NCBI RefSeq assembly: GCF_963676685.1
Contig: NC_092346.1
Coordinates: forward strand, 62,806,001 to 62,870,000
Source of the DNA: Mytilus edulis
Lineage: Eukaryota
Direction: 5' to 3'
Length of the DNA stretch: 64,000 bases
Every line of letters begins with the position of its first letter. Position 1 is the first letter of the stretch. Positions 27,901 to 42,900 of this stretch are shown in pieces. A program made the position numbers and the translations under genes. Under the pieces are notes generated by a model. The model worked only from the letters and a program-made list of their open reading frames with translations, was not told the origin of the DNA and did no database searches.

Positions 27901-30900
27901 AGTTTTTGGCTTATAGCTCAAAAACCAAAGCATTTAGAGCAAATCTGACATCGGGTAAAATTGTTGATTAGGTCACGATCTATCTGCCCTGGAATTTTTA
28001 GATGAATCGGATAATCGGTTGTTAGGTTGCTGCCCCTGAATTGGTAATTTTGAGGAAATTTTGCTGTTTTTTTGTTATTATCTTGAATATTATTATAGAT
28101 AGAGATAAACTGTAAACAGCAATAATGTACAGCAAAGTAAGAACTAAAAATAAGTCAGTATGACCAAAATAGTCAATTGACCCCCTAAGGAGTTATTGCC
28201 CTTCATAGTCAATTTTTAACAATTTTCTTAAAATTTGAAGATTTTGAATAACATTTTCCACAGAAAGTACTGTTATAGATAGAGATAATTGTAAGCAGCA
28301 AGAATGTTTAGTAAAGTAAGATCTACAAACACATCACCATCACCAAAACACAATTTTGTCATGAATCCATCTGTGTCCATTGTTTAATATTCACATAGAC
28401 CAAGGTGAGCGACACAGGCTCTTTAGAGCCTCTAGTATAGTAGACTGATGAATATATATTTTACCCAAAGTTTCATACAAACGAGACCGGAAAAAGGAAG
28501 TACATGGTAGATTTCTGCGCAGATGCAGGAATTCAAAACATGACATTAAAAAAATTGAACGATTTTGAGTTCCTTAGTACAATGAAAATTTCGGGAAAAT
28601 TTTCTCACTTTTTTTTTATATTGATTTTCTACTGTTATTGGGGACTTTGTCCCCATATTATTTCCATAAAAGTCATGTAATTTGAGTCCTTTTTAAAAAG
28701 TGCTTCATAAAATTCTGATTTCTATTTTATCAAGACTTAAATCATTTGCATTGACTTATTTCCATCTTACCAAATTTCTAAAAATATTAAATTTAGGTTA
28801 ACCTTAATTTTTTATCATAATATTTCAGTCCAGATGGTATGATGTTTTCATCTGTTTCATTTGGAGATGGTAAACTGGCTTGGGCTGTTGATGTACTAGG
28901 GAGAATTTATTTCATGACTAATGTTTGCATGGAAACACCATTAGGAGATAACTGTTGGTGGCAGGTGATTTTAACTTTATATGTTTTATAATATGATGTT
29001 ACAATCAGATGAAAAAATATTTAAAACAATTTGTTACAATTTGTTTGAAGTTATAATAAACATCTTTATCACCAGATTTGTTTAAGGCACTGGAAACAGT
29101 GCATGCAATGTTATGACTAAAATATCTACAGCTGTAGTATTCATCCCTCTCAGGGATGGATTGGCTTAATTTACAGAATTACACAGATTTCACAAAATGT
29201 ATAAATTTTTATCAGTTAGTAAAATTTATATATTTTGTAAATTCTGTGTAACTCTGTTAAGGTATGAATGAATCAATGATCCAAAGTGAATCATGAACCA
29301 TAAATATAAACACTAACTGTTTACATTGAGACATAAACCAATGTATAAAACCAACATATTCTGAAGTGAAACACAACACAATATCTAAAATCATCAAATG
29401 TCTATGGTCAAATATTTCAACTGTTTATGAATTGCACACTAAACAAAATATTTAGATTCAGAAAGCACAAAAACATAATTTATCACTGTAGTTGTTATAG
29501 AATTGAAAGTGTATTATCGCTATTTTACCAAATCTTTCTCAAATGATATGAAAATTATCGGTAGAAACTATGGACGTTGTCATAGGTAAAATAGCAAAAA
29601 ACAGATTATCATTGGTCATCTCAACTCGATTGCTTTTCTCGCTTTTGCCATACCGATAATCTATAAGTATCAACATGATTAATAAGTAGTTTTGGTGATT
29701 TACAGGTACCTATCAATAATGAAATAACTACTACTGATTACACTTTAATTGATGGCATCAAGTCACTGGCTAAAGTATTTGATCCTCAAAAGCTGACAGA
29801 TTTAATTGGTAGCCAAAGGGGTGGTCTGATAGCAGCAGGGACAGAAGGTGTCTGGGTTTGCCCTGATTGTAAATATACATTACAGCTATGCCGAGGATCA
29901 ATGGAAGGTAAACTATGTTTCTAATAGGATTGTGAAAATACCTGTCGAGGATTTATAAATTGTAAGTTGATAATTTTTTGTATACTCACCTTATTGCTAT
30001 TTTCACCATTTCTGGATATCACAAAGGCCCTAGTAACATTTTGATGTCACAATAGAAATTGTTTTATGCTGCAAAAGAAAAGTGATTGTTGTATGACACC
30101 AATAGTTCAAGTGTCACAGATATCCAAGCAGTTGGGTCTTATTCAAAATGAAGACTGAATTTGTGGTCTTTCTATCCATCTGTTCAATCCCATGCTCTTG
30201 TGTCAAACAAATTGTTTTTGTTTTGTCCTTTTGTGTCCCAAAAATTGCAACACCAGATTGAAATGCTCTCTTGAAAGGCTGTTTTGCCTATCAAAATATA
30301 TGTAATGACCAGTTTTGCATAGTGACAGACCTTGATTACTTCAATATTTCATGTATTTAGTATATGATTTATGAGTACAAAATATCCTAACAACATAACA
30401 TTTGTTTTGTTTTTAAGGTCACTTTTGGGAGGCTGTTTTTCTGAGTGGTATTGTTTCTTCAACAGCTTGGAAATTGATTTCTGTGGCAGCCATTCATTTA
30501 GAATGGGGTAAGCATATATGACAGGAGAGACTATTTAAAAATTGACATAGAGGCAGAAAAAAAATATAACACATGGTCAAATTTGTGTCAACATTGTATA
30601 AATTCAGCACCCAGTTTGTGAAAAGACATGGGTTGATATTGGTAACATCACTATCATATGCCTGAATGTAATATGCTTTAACATTGAGTACAGAGGTAAT
30701 CCAAGCAGGTGTTCTTGTACTTATGATGTACAACTGGATACGAAAACATTTGCTTACCTACATCGTATAATGACATGTGATGATTAGTTGCCAATAAGAC
30801 AATTATCCACGAGATTAAAGAATGAGGATGTGAACAACTTTACGTCAACTTAATAACTCGTTTTCAAAATTAAAATAAATATAAAAATAGCAATACATGA

Positions 30901-33900
30901 GAAAAAAATTTAAATGTGATTCAAAATTTATACTGCCTTGATGTTTTAGTCTAATTTATCTATAATCAAGGTTTCTGAACACAAAAATAACCAAATAGAG
31001 GTATACATGGAAATTATCTGAATTATTTTTAAATCTACTTATTACGGGTTAGAAATGAAAAAAATGAAAAGAAAACTGTATAATGATTTTCAGTTAAAGT
31101 TATAATTGGAAGCCACAAAGGTTAGGACATCCTTTTGTTTTTTTTAGGTTTAATTTGGGCTCAGCAACCAAATGGTGAAATATTTACATTCACTCCAACC
31201 AAAAAGAAAATAAGGACAGAGCAGAGGCCTCCAAAAGGCATGTTTGTGTGTATGAGTGTATGTGAGGAGGCTGTATGGGGCCTGAATGAGGATGGGAAGG
31301 TATACATACGTAGCGGCATAGCAGATCACTGTCCTGAGGGTGCCAAGTGGTGTGACCTGGATCTGAAACAATTGGGTATGAGTTTTCTATCTTTTATGAT
31401 CTTATATACCAACCAATGACAAAATAACAAATAATCTACAAAAAACATATTCATATATAGAAAGATTTCAATATTTATACACAATTGAAAAATGGCTTAC
31501 TAGGGTTTTCATGTTTATATAAGTAATGGATTTGAAATCTAGTGACAGAAATCTTCCCCTTGCAATTAGAAATGTTCAATCATTGGAATATTCTTTGTTG
31601 GAACACAGCAGGTAATAAGTGGCGAGATAGCATTCTGGAAAATAGTAATAATAAACAAACTGCTGCAAATACAAAGTTAACATATAATGTTATCATTTCC
31701 CCCTCAGTATAGCAAAGGATGATAATGACAGGTTTTAAAAGTTTTGTATAAAAAAGTCAACATGGTCTGTATGGTTACTATAGTATAGTATACTGATTTG
31801 TTTTGTTATACAGGTGATGCCCATTTAATCCATCTATCTTGTGGCTCTAGGAATGTCTGGGCTATTGACAGTGATGGTGTAGTATACCAAAGGATAGGAG
31901 TAAAGGCCCCTTCCACTCACTCTCTACAGGCTGCTTGGTTACCACCCGTATGAGAATTTTAGAGGGATTCCGCTTAAAATTAGCAGGAACCCAGGCGGAA
32001 TCCGCTTAAAAATCTAGACTTTTAGACGGAATTAAGGCGGACATGGAAAAAAGAAAAAAATCCGTCTAAACTGTTATATACCTTAGGCGAAATGTTAACT
32101 TTTTTCCTGCTGAGTTAACAGGATTTCTGTAGCAACAGATATAACACAGACGGAATGCTGGACTTAGTAAGATTTGTTTCATTTCTAAGGTGGAAATTGT
32201 ACTTAAAAAATTTTTGTTCAATTTTATGAGGCGGAATTTGTACTTAGAAAATTTTGTTTATATTTCTGAGGCGGAATTTGTACTTAGAAAATTTTGTTTG
32301 AATTTCTGAGGCGGAATTTCGGACTTAGAATATTTTTCACTTTTTTCTTATGAAAAATATATTGATTTATTTGTATTTTTGCAAATATATGATTAGAGGG
32401 TGGTGATTATCTGAGCAATATATCCAACATTAGTCAAGTTATCCAACAGATCAGAGATGCACAATCCCAGTATGTGGTTTGTATCAGTGCAACTTAGAAT
32501 CATTTGCAGGCTTTAACATCACATTACCATCATCATGACCCATATATCATACTTAGGCTTTAAAACAGAAATCTGTTGAATAAAATTTATTTGGAGACAA
32601 ATCGATGTATCCTTATACAAATATGAACTACAGAATAAAACAACATTCATGACATGTAACAACTACTAGTTTTATTCTCTTGATTTTCAGAAATCTACAT
32701 TCACAGTACATGCAGTACCACAGTTTGGATTAATTTTTCATCAACATGATTAATACAAATAATATTTTTTCCCTTTACATCAACATGATCAACATGATCA
32801 ATATTTTCTAATTTTAGTTTTGTAGCTATCATAATTTGCATTAAGCACTGTGAAGAAAATATTAGTTTTATGCTTTCTCTTTACACATGCAGGGCATATC
32901 CAGCCATTTTTAAAAAGGAGGTTCCCAACCCAGAGTAAAGGGGCAGGAACTATATGCTCCCATTCAAATGCATTGATTGGCAAAAAAAGAACTTTTACTT
33001 TACTGTTTTTAGAAAAAGGTTACATATGTACATGTATATAAACATTAATGAAATACTTAGAAATATGAAATATTAATCTGATTCCATTTTGTTTGGGAAT
33101 TTGCAAATATATGAATACTGTGCACAATCATATGTAACTAGCATACAAGAAGTAGTTATGTTTTCAATTGGTATTACTTCCAAAAATGCAGTTTTTGAAA
33201 CTCTTAGAATATTGGACTTTGGTGCATAATTTCCACATCTTAGTTTTTCAATAAAAGCCAAATAGTACTGTTGATCATTCTCTACAAGATTAATGAAAAA
33301 CTTGACTTGTCCAAAATTAATTAATCCCCTACATTTGTATTCAATTACTGAGTTGTTCCTCTTTACCATACGAGTATATGACTTTCCATATACAATACAG
33401 TCCTTCAGTTCCAAACGTTTAAAGCATTGAAACTTCATTTGTATAAGCTCATATCCAAAAAAATTATGCAATGCCACATTTTCTGAAGCAGATAGAGTTA
33501 TTTCTTTTATGCCACCTAAAATATAGCCAATGTTTCCAATTTTTTTCATTCGCTTTAAAATGTATGGACATTCCATTGAGTTATAAATTGATTCACAAAC
33601 TGATCCTTTTTCTATGCAGTTCTGTTTTAACTCTGGCAACTTTTGAAGAAAAGATACTCCAGTTACTATTTGGCTATCAATATTCTGAGTACCACGAATC
33701 ATTCTAATTAAGGCACCATTTTTGTCTTCAAAAGAGAAACAACTGTGAGTATATAAAGGACCTAAATTGCGAACACAATCAGCTAAATGTAACAATTGGT
33801 GAATATTTAAGCGCATGTAACATCCATTGTAAAGTCTTGGAAAATTCTTACAAAATTCCAACAAATACATTTCTGCTTCATTTACTTCTTCATCTGTTGA

Positions 33901-36900
33901 TCCATATTTAAGAAGAACATGCATTGCATTTACCAACAATAAATAATGTGACCATCGTTCCTGATCAAGTATTCCATGTAGAACTGGAGCACCATAATAT
34001 AACAGAAAAGATCGGTACTCTGAAGCCTTCCAGTATTTAAGGTCATTCTGTATTGTTCTAGGAAGTCGTGTAATTTCAGTAGTTGGACGTATACTAATAA
34101 GTCTTTCATCAACCTGACACAATTTTTGGAAGAAGTTGAAAGGTTTAGAAGAATGTTTTTGAGCAAACCATAATTCTAATAAAAGTTTCTGTACTCCCAA
34201 AAGTACCCCATGCATATAGTCAATGGCAATACCATTGACAATGTCAAATTCTGGGAAAAAAGACAACCATGATGGACCTTTAATTCCTTTTACTACAGAA
34301 CTTGTTCCATGTGTACCATTCAATGCTTGACGAGCATTTTCAATAACATTGTGAACTGTTCTTTCTGGGCCTTTTGGATTTGCCTCATCAAATGGAAATA
34401 CTCGCGTCTGACCTTTTCCAACTGCTGCAGAAGTGCCTTGTTGTTCACATTTCCAACAGGAGTATGCACCATTATATTGTATATGGTTGCATAATATACT
34501 TCTTGCTGGAAGATCTGCTGTACCACATAACAATATTCCTTTTGATAGAAATGCTCCTCTTTTTGGAGAGAAGCATTCTATGCCATTATACAAATTTTTC
34601 ATTGAATGTTGAAATGGTTTGAGAAAAGTGCCCATTGCTGGTTTCTGACTTCCAAACCATAAGCTTGCCAGTATCATATTCTCTCTTTTCATTCGTAGTT
34701 TATACGGCAGTTCATTTATTACCAAGAAAATAGGCCACACTGAAACTTTACTGCTCTTAAATACTGCTGCTCCATCAGTGTTAAAAGTAAAAGAAATGTT
34801 ATCAGGATTGCTCAAAAGACCATTCTCTTTGTTTAAAGATTTATAAATTTTCCCGTCATAAATATCTTCGTAGGTTCCATCTGGTGTATTACGCATAAAG
34901 CGATGTTGCAATCTTTCATAGAAATTTTCCTGAGAAAACAAATTTTGTATTTGGTTCTGTAATGGTATTTCAAGAAAGTAATTTCCATCATTTTTACTAA
35001 ATGGCTTTTTACAAAATTCATATGGACAATTCTTTAGAGAAGTATTTTCAATGGCTCCTAAACAATGGCCACAGTAGAAGTGTTTTACTAATGGAATACG
35101 CAAATTTGTAAAAAACTTTTTAAACTCATGGAGCTTCGTACACAGATTATGTTCAAATGGTAAAGCAAATGCAATAATGTTCAATAACACTTGTGTTCCT
35201 TCGCTAGACACACCAAAATTTGTTGTAAATAGGGCAAGAAGTAGCATGAAAGCTCCTACTGTTACTGAAGCTCCAGGATAAAGTGGTCGTAAGTCATAGT
35301 CTGAATTCAAATCATCATTCTGATCAAAATTAGTAAATGTATGTTCATCATCATTGGAATCTTCCCAGAGCTCGAAAGGATCTTCTAACTCTATTGTTTC
35401 TTCATAAAGGGATTTAAGAATATCGTCCAGTTCTGGATCATCACTTTTTAAATCTATTTCTGTAGCTTGTTCAAAGGTAATTGCATCAACTTGGTCACAA
35501 TGATCAATAGTACTCTGCAGCTGAAATAAGCAAATACATAAAAATGTACATTTGTTGAGTAATGCACATGTATAAACATATCTTTAAGGTTTACATGCAA
35601 GTTATTTACATTTATGTATGTGCCTGTCCCATTAGTCAGGAGTCTGTAATTCAGTGGTTGTCTTTTGTTTATGTGTTACATGTTTGTTTTTCATTCATTT
35701 TTTTACATAAATAAGGCCGTTAGTTTTCTCGTTTAAATTGTTTTACATTGTTTTATCAGGGCCTTTTATAGCCGACTATGCGGTATGGGCTTTGCTCATT
35801 GTTGAAGTCCGTACGGTTACCTATAGTTGTTAATGTTTGAGTCATTTTGGTCTTTTTTGGATAGTTGTCTCATTGGCAATCATACCAATCTTCTTTTTAT
35901 GTTACATTGTACATTTGTATTAAGCAGTAATACATGTATCTAAAATTTATACACTGTGCAGGTTTAAAAAAGAATTGACACAGCAGGTTTTTTCTTAAAC
36001 AGACCATAATTTTTTACATGTACAAATGTACAGATTATTATGAGATAGTTGTTTTGATTATGAGCTGCAATTTAGTAAAATGCTAAATCACGTTGATGTA
36101 TTGGCCTCAGATGACAACATGATGTAGCGATTACATGATCAATTGAAGGTCATCTATGTGTGATACTCATTCACGTGTTAATCTTTAAATAATCGTGTTT
36201 AAAGTTGCAAAACTTACTTTTTTGTGTTTTTGTTTATTTGCGGAAGTTGAATATTTTTAAAACAATAACGGAGATGTTCCGGAATGCGGAAATATGTTCC
36301 GGATAAAAAAAAATACCAACACTATAATATATAACATGCGACGTATAACCTACCATTGAGGCTTCTGGAGCAGGACTTTCTTTGGATAACAAATTGTTTT
36401 GAATTTCATCCTCAAACACGAAGCTTTGGTTAACTTCCGACTCAAAAATGTAGTTTTCGTGTAACTGTTCAGTTGATTCATTCGATGTTAAATCCAAAGT
36501 AGGGACAGAACCATTAAGAGTCAACACTGGAATCGGAAGTCCATCCTTTTTTATTATTTCTTTTTGTCTGTATGGTCCCCTTTTTCTTTTCTTTTTCATA
36601 TTGTATTCATCGGCCATGTTGAGGAGAAGAGTACTGTGTACAATTGGGGTTGCCAAAGGATGAATTAATTGCTTGTATTTGGAACCATTTTATTTGCTGC
36701 TATGTAGTCCTTTGAATAACTGTATATTTTTGTATACCAACTTTTCCAAGATCGACATATTTAAAGCCAATATTTTGTTCAGAATGGTGTTTTTTTTTTA
36801 ATTATAAAAAATATATTTTGTCATCAGTAAATCAAATTCATTAGACAAATCCGCTCCACAGATTATATTTTATGAAGAAAAATCAAAACTTATAAAAAAA

Positions 36901-39900
36901 TACATGTTCTCAAAGTCAGGGTTTTTTATTTTTAGCCTTCTTAGGTCTTTAATTTAATATTCATATTAAAGTAAGTATATAACGTTTTTTTTTAAATAAA
37001 AATCTGTGATACACTGCATGAGTTGAACCTGTGACGATCCTCATTCCGTTATATCAGTAGCATACGCCAGAGCTTACTGTAATTTGAAACCTCAATGACC
37101 AGTGCCATGCTGAATAGCGTTTCCTGTAATTTGAAACCTGAAAGACCAGTGCCATTTTGAATTTTCATCGCCACACATCATCACAGAACACGTTTTTCGA
37201 AGTAAAAAAATATGTATGCCTGTATTCATTGCGATTTTGACAATACATTGACTGTTCTTGGAAAGCAAAGCAAAAAGTTGAAGTTATTGGGAGAATTCAA
37301 AGTTAAAGAAAAGGTTGAACTGAAATGGTCAAAATCGGAAATCTACACAGGAATAATTGTAAAAATCAACGGTAAGTTACTTGCAATTTTTAACATTGAA
37401 GGAATTTTAATATCTATTCAGCAGTTTTGTTTTAAGAGTTAATATTATTTTTTAAATTGTTTATGTTTTTAAAGGTACGATTTATTGTTTTTTTTTACGA
37501 CTTAAATGTAATTTAAACAGTCACTTAATATTGACTACTATAAAACATGTGGTTATAGTAGTCTCAGTTAATATCAAGGATTTGGTGATAGTAAAACAAT
37601 TATTCGTCTCGGGTAAAAAGGAAACAACCTTTGAGACGTGTTGTACAATTATTTTAAAGTATTTAAAAAGACGTAAGTTCTAAACTTTCTGAAAAAATCG
37701 TTGAACTACCACCCCCCTTTTAATCGGAAAATGTATCCTGATCGCGATCGATGTAGCCTCCCATAAGTTTACTAGACTTTATAATTTGTAATCAGTTCTG
37801 ATATTTAACTTTCCTCGAAATCTGGACCATCCCTGCCAAATAAAAATATTTTATTAAACCTATGCATGTCATCGTGAGTATTTACCCCATGCTTTATGTT
37901 CACGTAAATATTTGTCGATAGATGTCGCTGCTTCGACGTAAACAATATCGTAAATACATGGTTCCCTGTACGAGTCATCGACTATAACGCCTTATATTTA
38001 ACAGATATGCTATTATTCTATAACAGTTTAAAATTTTCATTCATAAAAATCCCAACCGACAAGACGAAAACAAATTGAGATGGCATGCATTTAATCGAGC
38101 TAAGGGTTACAGGGAATTAAAACCTGATGCTTCTTAAAAAATCCAATTAAACGGTAATCAATTATAGTCATGATTTTTCGGATATTTTCTTTTTACATGA
38201 ATATTATGACTTAAAGGAACCGATCACAAGATTTATGTCAAACTACTTTTCTCGGATTTTTTTACAGGGATGAGATGATTTTTTCAACTTTCTGATTTTT
38301 TTAACTTAAGATTTGACTAAATATTCAAGATGTTGATGTTTGTACTGCCACTAGTCCAATTGATAATCTGGTCTTCAGTGACTATTATTGTACATGTATA
38401 TTAAAGTTATTTTGCTTTGACGCCTTACTGATCATGAGCAGACTTAGGCTTATAGAAAAATAATTAAATAGCCTTGCAGCACGTCAATAATATTTAGACT
38501 AATGCTTGCACATGCTTGTCTTTCTTTAGTGGCGGATCCTGATGTTTTCATAAAAGAGGAGGGGATCACTGACGGTATCGGGATCGTTCGCCCTGATTAC
38601 ATATTTGCCCTAGGTTCGTTCACACTGAGTTTGTTCGTCCTGATAGTCCGTTCGCCCTGGGTTCGTTCGCCCTATATTAATTTATGATATGTATATGTTA
38701 CATCAATGAACGAAATATATATATATGTATATATTAAAATTTATGTATATCTATTAAAAGTTAAATACAGAATATTTGCCAAATTTATATTAATAAAATA
38801 AAATTCTTGGCTGCATTGCTACACTTTATTTTATAATTACTTTTAATAACTGTTGATTGAATTTTGATTGCTGATTAGGTGTCATTTTGAAACCTGAGTT
38901 ATCACTGATTGTTAGATAAATTGTCTTTGATGGATTAATATTGAGAATACAGTAACAAATACTTTGTAGTCATTGAATTCACAAAAACTTATCCTTGTAT
39001 AGTCTTTAGTTGTTTTACATTTTCTTCTTGCTCAACAGTTGGACTCATCATGGCCAAAAATGATGAGTCCCTGGACTTGCCACCAAAAATCCTTAGCGAG
39101 AACCATGTTAATGTCGTCAGAACAGTAAAGTGAATTTGCAATTTGAGTTAGAATTTACATTCGGACTTAAAATATTTCGAATGCGATTTACACTATTTGG
39201 GTAATGCAAATTGAATTCAAATTATGTGTGAACGTTGCATGAAACATGTATTCTCACACTTTGATCTTTTAATTAAAATTCTTCACGCATGTACACATCT
39301 ATGCTGCTCAGTAATGAAATCAATTGTTATTTTTTGTAGAATCTCAAGACTTTTTGGATGAATTCGCTATAAAAGCCGTAACAAAGTTTTTGAAGCGTTC
39401 AAAGAGTAAAGACTTGCCAGAGGAAATATACACATACAATCATACGGAACCAGAATTGAATTCAAAACGATGCAGGACAAGCACCAAAAAAATAAATGAA
39501 AGTAAGGAACAAGAGAGTCAATTTAGCCCCAAAAAGCAGAAAAAACATAAAGATGATGATGAACCTAACCAAGAGCCACCCATTGCAGTTACCAAAAAAT
39601 CAAAAAAAAATCTGAAGCAAAATGAAAATGTCAAAGTCACAGATAAAGTATTAAATCCTACAAAGATTAAAGCTAATAAGAAAAAGGCAGAGGAGAATGT
39701 TTCTAAATCTCAGGGCAACCAGATGTTTGGCTTATCAAATTTGGAACTCCAGTTTGGTGATGAGAGTTCCATACATGACGAGACAGTCCTGTCAACATCT
39801 GAAGAAAGAAATAACTTGGAGATATTGCCCTCTAAACCAGCAAGTTCTGCAGACCCTAACTTGACAGCTCCATCTCCAGACAGGAGCAACATATTGCCAT

Positions 39901-42900
39901 CCTCTCCTTCGATACTTGCAGAAAGGAGCCATGCACCCTCCACATCTACACCATCTGCAGACAGGAGCAATACATTGCCATTAACCGCTTCGCTAGACGA
40001 TTATACAAACCAAAGTGCAGGACCTATGCCATCTGCATATGCAGGAAGCACCTTGAAAGGGCCATTGCAGTCAACATCAGCAGAAACATCTTTGACAAGT
40101 ACATGGAAGTTGTGTAAATCACTGTATAATGTGGATAATTCAGAGCAAACATGCTCTAATACAACATTAACAGAAATGAATTTTCCAGGTAATTTATTTA
40201 CATGTATTATCACACTTAAAGTAAAGGCTTAAAAAGAGTACATGTAGTGTACACTGTGAAGAAGTTGATCTTTGAAAAAAATGAAAAAAAAGTTGTACCT
40301 GTACGGTGACCTATAGTTGTTGATTTTTTGTTTCATTTTGGTCTTTGGTGGATAGTTGTCTCATTGGCAATCATACCACATCATCTTTCTTATATATATG
40401 TAGTTAAAAAAACAAGGCCAGTTAACCTATCTACCCTACTTTATATTCTATCCTGAAAGATATTTTTTTGTCATTTTTCATTAAGCATTGTAAAAGTCAG
40501 AATGCGATCAAAGCCTTGGTCAGCTTGAATTGGAGTTGGAATTTATTTACCTCAATTACTTAGGGTGACAATGTACTGGTATATACTTACTACAGTGAAC
40601 TACATGTAGAATGTTAAAAACCTCAAGCACATTTGTTATGTATGAAGCAGAAATAAACTCAAATGGAATTATCTTTTTCTGACCAGTTTTGATATACATG
40701 TACATTGTACTTCAAATTCATCTGTAAATGAACATTTGTTAAGATTAACATATTTCATTGCAATACTTGATGTACACATTTTTTGTATATGGCTATTGAT
40801 AAAAAATACAATTTCATACGATAACTACGTCCCCTTAACTTAACTTAGTTTGACTTTAGTATATATGTCATACATGTATCTGTTAACTTTGAAATAACTG
40901 TATAATTTCAGTGCCATCCCCAGTTGTTCTGGAATTTCTTGAGTTGATAACAAACAAAGAAGTGCAAAACTTTTGCTTAAAACTTAGTCAGCATTACAAG
41001 TTTAAGAAACAAGAGGAAGTAATTACAGAAAGCAGTACAGATAAGGAGGTATGTTTTTGTATACATGTTTCTCTAAGAAATTGAATTACATTTTTTATGA
41101 ATTAACAAGTCATATTCAACAATTGAAATACTGAAAAGTTGATATATTATTGTATAATTGGGAATAACATCACAGATTTTAATTTGATATATATGTCCAG
41201 AAATCTATTTATAGTCATGACAGTAAAATATTGTAGGTTTGAAATCAAAATTTTCCTTTTTATAAGCACAATATAAAAAAGAAAACAATTTTTATGAAAT
41301 CTATGTTACAAAACTAAAAATAATTCCAGAGATCTTAATTGTGAAAAACATCCTGTATTCACTTCTAAATACTTTTAGTATAAATAATAATAAATCCTTA
41401 AATGTCTAAAAACTAATTTCTGGTGACAAAACTTGAAAAAAGTTTCGTAGGAAGATATAAACTGTTTCACGAAAAAGACTTTTATTAATAACATGAATAT
41501 ACATTGTACTTGTTTTTGGCTCTTATTTTCAGTACACTTAAAATTCAGAATTCATTAGAAAAAGGACAGATACATGTATCATCCAAGTATGTCAGTCTAT
41601 AATAATGTTATTTCTCATTGCTTTCCCTATTTTTAAACTATTAACTTATTATTATTATTATTTTTTAGTTTCCTTTAGATGTCATGGAATCTTTGGACTG
41701 TGCTCCTACATACAGTGAGCTCATGCCTCAGAAAAATCAAAGCCTTGGATTGAGGAGATCACCTAGAAAACATGTGTCTAGCTCTGCTTCCTTCACTGGT
41801 AATAGCACTTGTCAACCCTACTACCAAACCAGTGAAGAATGTACTAGTACATGTACTCAAAAACCAACTGAGAAATTTTCTGCAACTAAAGACTTAAATC
41901 AGTACCAAGAAGCACCCATCCAACAGATTCAGATGTCACCTTTTCCCTGTCCGTCTCCTCTGAATTCTCAACATCAATCTCCTAACATTCAGAGTTCAAC
42001 ATTTTCCAGCCAACATTTTCCGTCTCCTCTGAATTCTCAACATCAACCTCCTAACATTCAGAGTTCAACATTTTCCAGCCAACATTTTCCGTCTCCTCTG
42101 AATTCTCATCATCAACCTCCTAACATTCAGAGTTTAACATTTTCCAGTCAACAGAGTCCGTCTCCTCTGAATTCTCAACATCAACCTCCTAACATTCAGA
42201 GTTCAACATTTTCCAGTCACCAGAGTCCGTCTTATCTGAATTCTCAACATCAACCTCCTAACATTCAGGGTTCAACATTTTCCAGTCACCAGAGTCCGTC
42301 TCCTCTGAATTCTCAACATCAACCTCCTAACATTCAGAGTTCAACATTTTCCAGTCACCAGAGTCCGTCTCCTCTGAATTCTCAACATCAACCTCCTAAC
42401 ATTCAGAGTTCAACATTTTCCAGTCACCAGAGTCCGTCTCCTCTGAATTCTCCATCGCAACATGTTATGCAGTCACATGATAGTGATCAATCTGATGACA
42501 ATAAGGTAAAAATTATTATATTTTCAAGAGTAAAAAAATGCCTGAGTTTTCAAGTTAATTATGCTTCTAACAATTATGAAGAATTTTATGTCTTAGATTG
42601 TTAGTGTTATTTTTAGATATAAGAAGGATGCAAAATTAATAAACACTGGGTTTCTCATGGATTGTATAATGTGTTTAGGGACTATAACATCATAATTGGT
42701 TCACGAGTAAAATGTTTCTTTTTAGTGTTAAAGGGTAAACAATCCTCATTTCATGTATTCCGCCAGATAATATACTGTAAATTCAGAAATTATTGCGTGC
42801 ATTTATTATTGCGATTTTGTCATTTTACACTTGAATGCGATTTTAATTTTTACGATTTTGAGAAAAGTCATGCTTAAGTCAGTTCAAATATTACAAAATG

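Noticed and set aside
26876-28740. Possible older element hosting the 27132 HINE
   Set aside because: I could not establish matching termini or a TSD by eye.
31938-31944. Alternative donor TG|GTTACC upstream of the transposon
   Set aside because: The consensus is poor, and it is phase 2, out of frame with both candidate acceptors (44805 phase 0, 44809 phase 1).
39039-39125. Possible extra BEN-gene exon (acceptor-like site, short open frame) and an 11-bp hairpin ggactcatcat/atgatgagtcc resembling a hammerhead core
   Set aside because: The available donors give the wrong phase for the next exon, and there is no CTGA start or correctly placed GAAA.
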